This document shows positions 1-860 of a stretch of 860 bases of DNA, piece by piece. The notes beneath the pieces were generated by a model. That model saw nothing but the letters and a program-made list of their open reading frames with translations. It was not told where the DNA came from and did not search any database. Source of the DNA: a phage. The stretch is taken from the sequence record S81550.1; one strand, written 5' to 3'. Numbering within the stretch: position 1 is the stretch's first letter; every line of letters starts with the position of its first letter. The position numbers and the translations under genes are program-made.

Positions 1-5
1 GGGTT

Positions 6-21
6 CCCCCCCGTAGGGGGG
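6..21 (+). promoter_or_regulatory. 5'-terminal stem-loop (C-run/G-run hairpin), presumed replication cis-element
   Basis: Seen directly: CCCCCCC (6-12) and GGGGGG (16-21) are perfectly complementary around a 3-4 nt loop (GUA), giving a very stable GC-only hairpin right after the terminal GGG. By established knowledge, Qbeta and MS2 carry an equivalent 5'-terminal hairpin whose complement forms the 3' end of the minus strand. Confidence 0.65.
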
Positions 22-46
22 TACTCTATGTAGTAGCAACCATTAC

Positions 47-52
47 TGGAGG
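47..52 (+). promoter_or_regulatory. Shine-Dalgarno sequence for the maturation protein gene
   Basis: TGGAGG at 47-52, with a 4-nt spacer (CAAC) before ATG 57-59. The spacing is slightly short but workable. Confidence 0.6.
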
Positions 53-56
53 CAAC

Positions 57-860
57 ATGCCACGTCTACCTAGGGGACTTCGATTCGGAGCGAACATGGA
101 GGTCTTAAATGACTTCCAGGAACTCTGGTATCCAGAGTCCCGCGTCGATTCCGATACGATTTTCCCTTTGTATACCTTCAAAGGTAACATGGGTGGCTCT
201 TTTTTCGACACTTACGGCACAAACAATATTGTCCGTCAGGTTCGAAGGACGCCACACCGTGCTACAGTTCCTATAGCCTCTTCTGGCTTAAGGCCCTGTA
301 CCTCTGTATGGTATGACCCATCCAGCTTGCTTTTCAGGATTCCTGAAATGAGAGCGGTTTGGGACAATGGCATGGGTGATACTGGAGATATTGTCTATAA
401 TGACTTTCTCTTCAATACGCCGGCACCTAAGGAGTTCGATTTCTCTAATTCCTTAGCGCCACGCTACAGTAATGCCTTCTCTGCTTTTAACGCTAAATAT
501 GGCGTTATCATTGGAGAAGGGCGCGAGACACTTAAGTATTTCGCGCTATTACTTCGCAGGCTACATAAAGCAGTCCGTGCCGTTCGGCACGGAGATTTAC
601 GAGGTCTCCGGAGGATCCTTGACTCTTACCATAAGGGTCATTGGAAGCCTGCTACTGCTGGTAATCTCTGGCTCGAATTTCGTTATGGCCTCGTCCCGCT
701 CTTCCATGACATCAAAGATGTCATGAACGACTGGACGCGCATTAACGATAAGATCCAGAAATATCGCCGATTCTCGGTGGGTCATGGTGAGGATTTTAAG
801 CTGTCTATCGACGGCTTATATCCTGGCCTTACTCATTTCCGATTATCTGGTGAGATTACC
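57..860 (+). CDS. A2: Maturation / lysis protein A2 (A-protein) of a Qbeta-like ssRNA phage; N-terminal 268 codons, 3'-truncated by the window edge
   Basis: My own translation from ATG 57 gives 268 sense codons with no stop through 860: MPRLPRGLRFGANMEVLNDFQELWYPESRVDSDTIFPLYTFKGNMGGSFFDTYGTNNIVRQVRRTPHRATVPIASSGLRPCTSVWYDPSSLLFRIPEMRAVWDNGMGDTGDIVYNDFLFNTPAPKEFDFSNSLAPRYSNAFSAFNAKYGVIIGEGRETLKYFALLLRRLHKAVRAVRHGDLRGLRRILDSYHKGHWKPATAGNLWLEFRYGLVPLFHDIKDVMNDWTRINDKIQKYRRFSVGHGEDFKLSIDGLYPGLTHFRLSGEIT. From memory, Qbeta A2 starts MPKLPRGLRFGA...NDFQELW and shares the blocks RQVRRTPHR, VPIASSGLRP, NDFLF, APKEFDFSNSL, AFSAFNAKYG, IGEG, LLLRRL, KPATAGNLWLEFRYGL, FSVGHGED and GEIT in the same order and spacing. 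Qbeta A2 is about 420 aa, so roughly 150 codons would lie beyond the window. Confidence 0.9.
   Translation, partial: MPRLPRGLRFGANMEVLNDFQELWYPESRVDSDTIFPLYTFKGNMGGSFFDTYGTNNIVRQVRRTPHRATVPIASSGLRPCTSVWYDPSSLLFRIPEMRAVWDNGMGDTGDIVYNDFLFNTPAPKEFDFSNSLAPRYSNAFSAFNAKYGVIIGEGRETLKYFALLLRRLHKAVRAVRHGDLRGLRRILDSYHKGHWKPATAGNLWLEFRYGLVPLFHDIKDVMNDWTRINDKIQKYRRFSVGHGEDFKLSIDGLYPGLTHFRLSGEIT

Larger units (their letters stand above)
1..56 (+). other. 5' untranslated leader of an ssRNA phage genome (cDNA), starting with the GGG typical of levivirus-type genome termini
   Basis: Sequence begins GGGTT, followed by a C7 run (6-12), GTA (13-15) and a G6 run (16-21), then a short A/T-rich leader ending at the A2 start codon. 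This layout matches the recalled Qbeta 5' end (GGGGACCCCCC-UUUA-GGGGG, then leader, then A2 AUG at about nt 61). No ORF of meaningful length sits in the leader. Confidence 0.7.

Noticed and set aside
28-36. ATG immediately followed by tandem stop codons (ATG TAG TAG) in the 5' leader
   Set aside because: It encodes only Met-stop, has no Shine-Dalgarno, and lies next to the terminal hairpin. Most likely coincidental leader sequence rather than a regulatory mini-ORF.
96-98. In-frame internal ATG (Met14) preceded by GGAG at 87-90, as an alternative A2 start
   Set aside because: The N-terminus encoded from ATG 57 (MPRLPRGLRFGA) matches the recalled Qbeta A2 N-terminus almost residue for residue, and ATG 57 has its own GGAGG site, so 57 is the real start. 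The GGAG at 87-90 is part of the conserved RFGA codons.
26-211. Minus-strand ORF (61 aa) from the six-frame track
   Set aside because: It is antisense to the 5' leader and A2 N-terminus. In a positive-sense ssRNA phage the minus strand is only a replication template, not an mRNA. It has no recognisable ribosome-binding site or family resemblance, and is best explained as a chance open frame opposite a real gene.
597-785. Minus-strand ORF (62 aa) from the six-frame track
   Set aside because: Same reasoning: antisense to the conserved A2 coding region, with no initiation signal and no recognisable protein features.
1-860. Possibility of a novel defence or multi-gene system, CRISPR array, mobile element or RNA gene in the window
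   Set aside because: The whole window is accounted for by one leader plus one partial, well-recognised phage gene. There are no direct or inverted repeats beyond the terminal hairpin, no tRNA or rRNA-like structure, and no additional credible ORFs.

Overview
This window reads as the 5' end of a positive-sense ssRNA bacteriophage genome of the Qbeta-like lineage (Allolevivirus/Qubevirus), given as cDNA. It holds a 56-nt 5' leader that starts GGG and folds into a C7/G6 terminal hairpin, a GGAGG ribosome-binding site, and the first 268 codons of the maturation/lysis protein gene (A2). That reading frame is uninterrupted from ATG 57 to the window edge at 860, so the supplied ORF track does not list it because it has no stop in the window. 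The three ORFs the track does list are alternate-frame or antisense overlaps of this gene and are most likely not genes. I see no novel multi-gene system here. The family assignment rests on my own translation plus recalled Qbeta A2 protein sequence, not on a database search. The protein is clearly diverged from Qbeta itself, and I cannot say which isolate it is (M11, MX1, SP, FI, NL95 or an undescribed relative) without an alignment. No rRNA, tRNA, CRISPR array, mobile element or notable repeat is visible.
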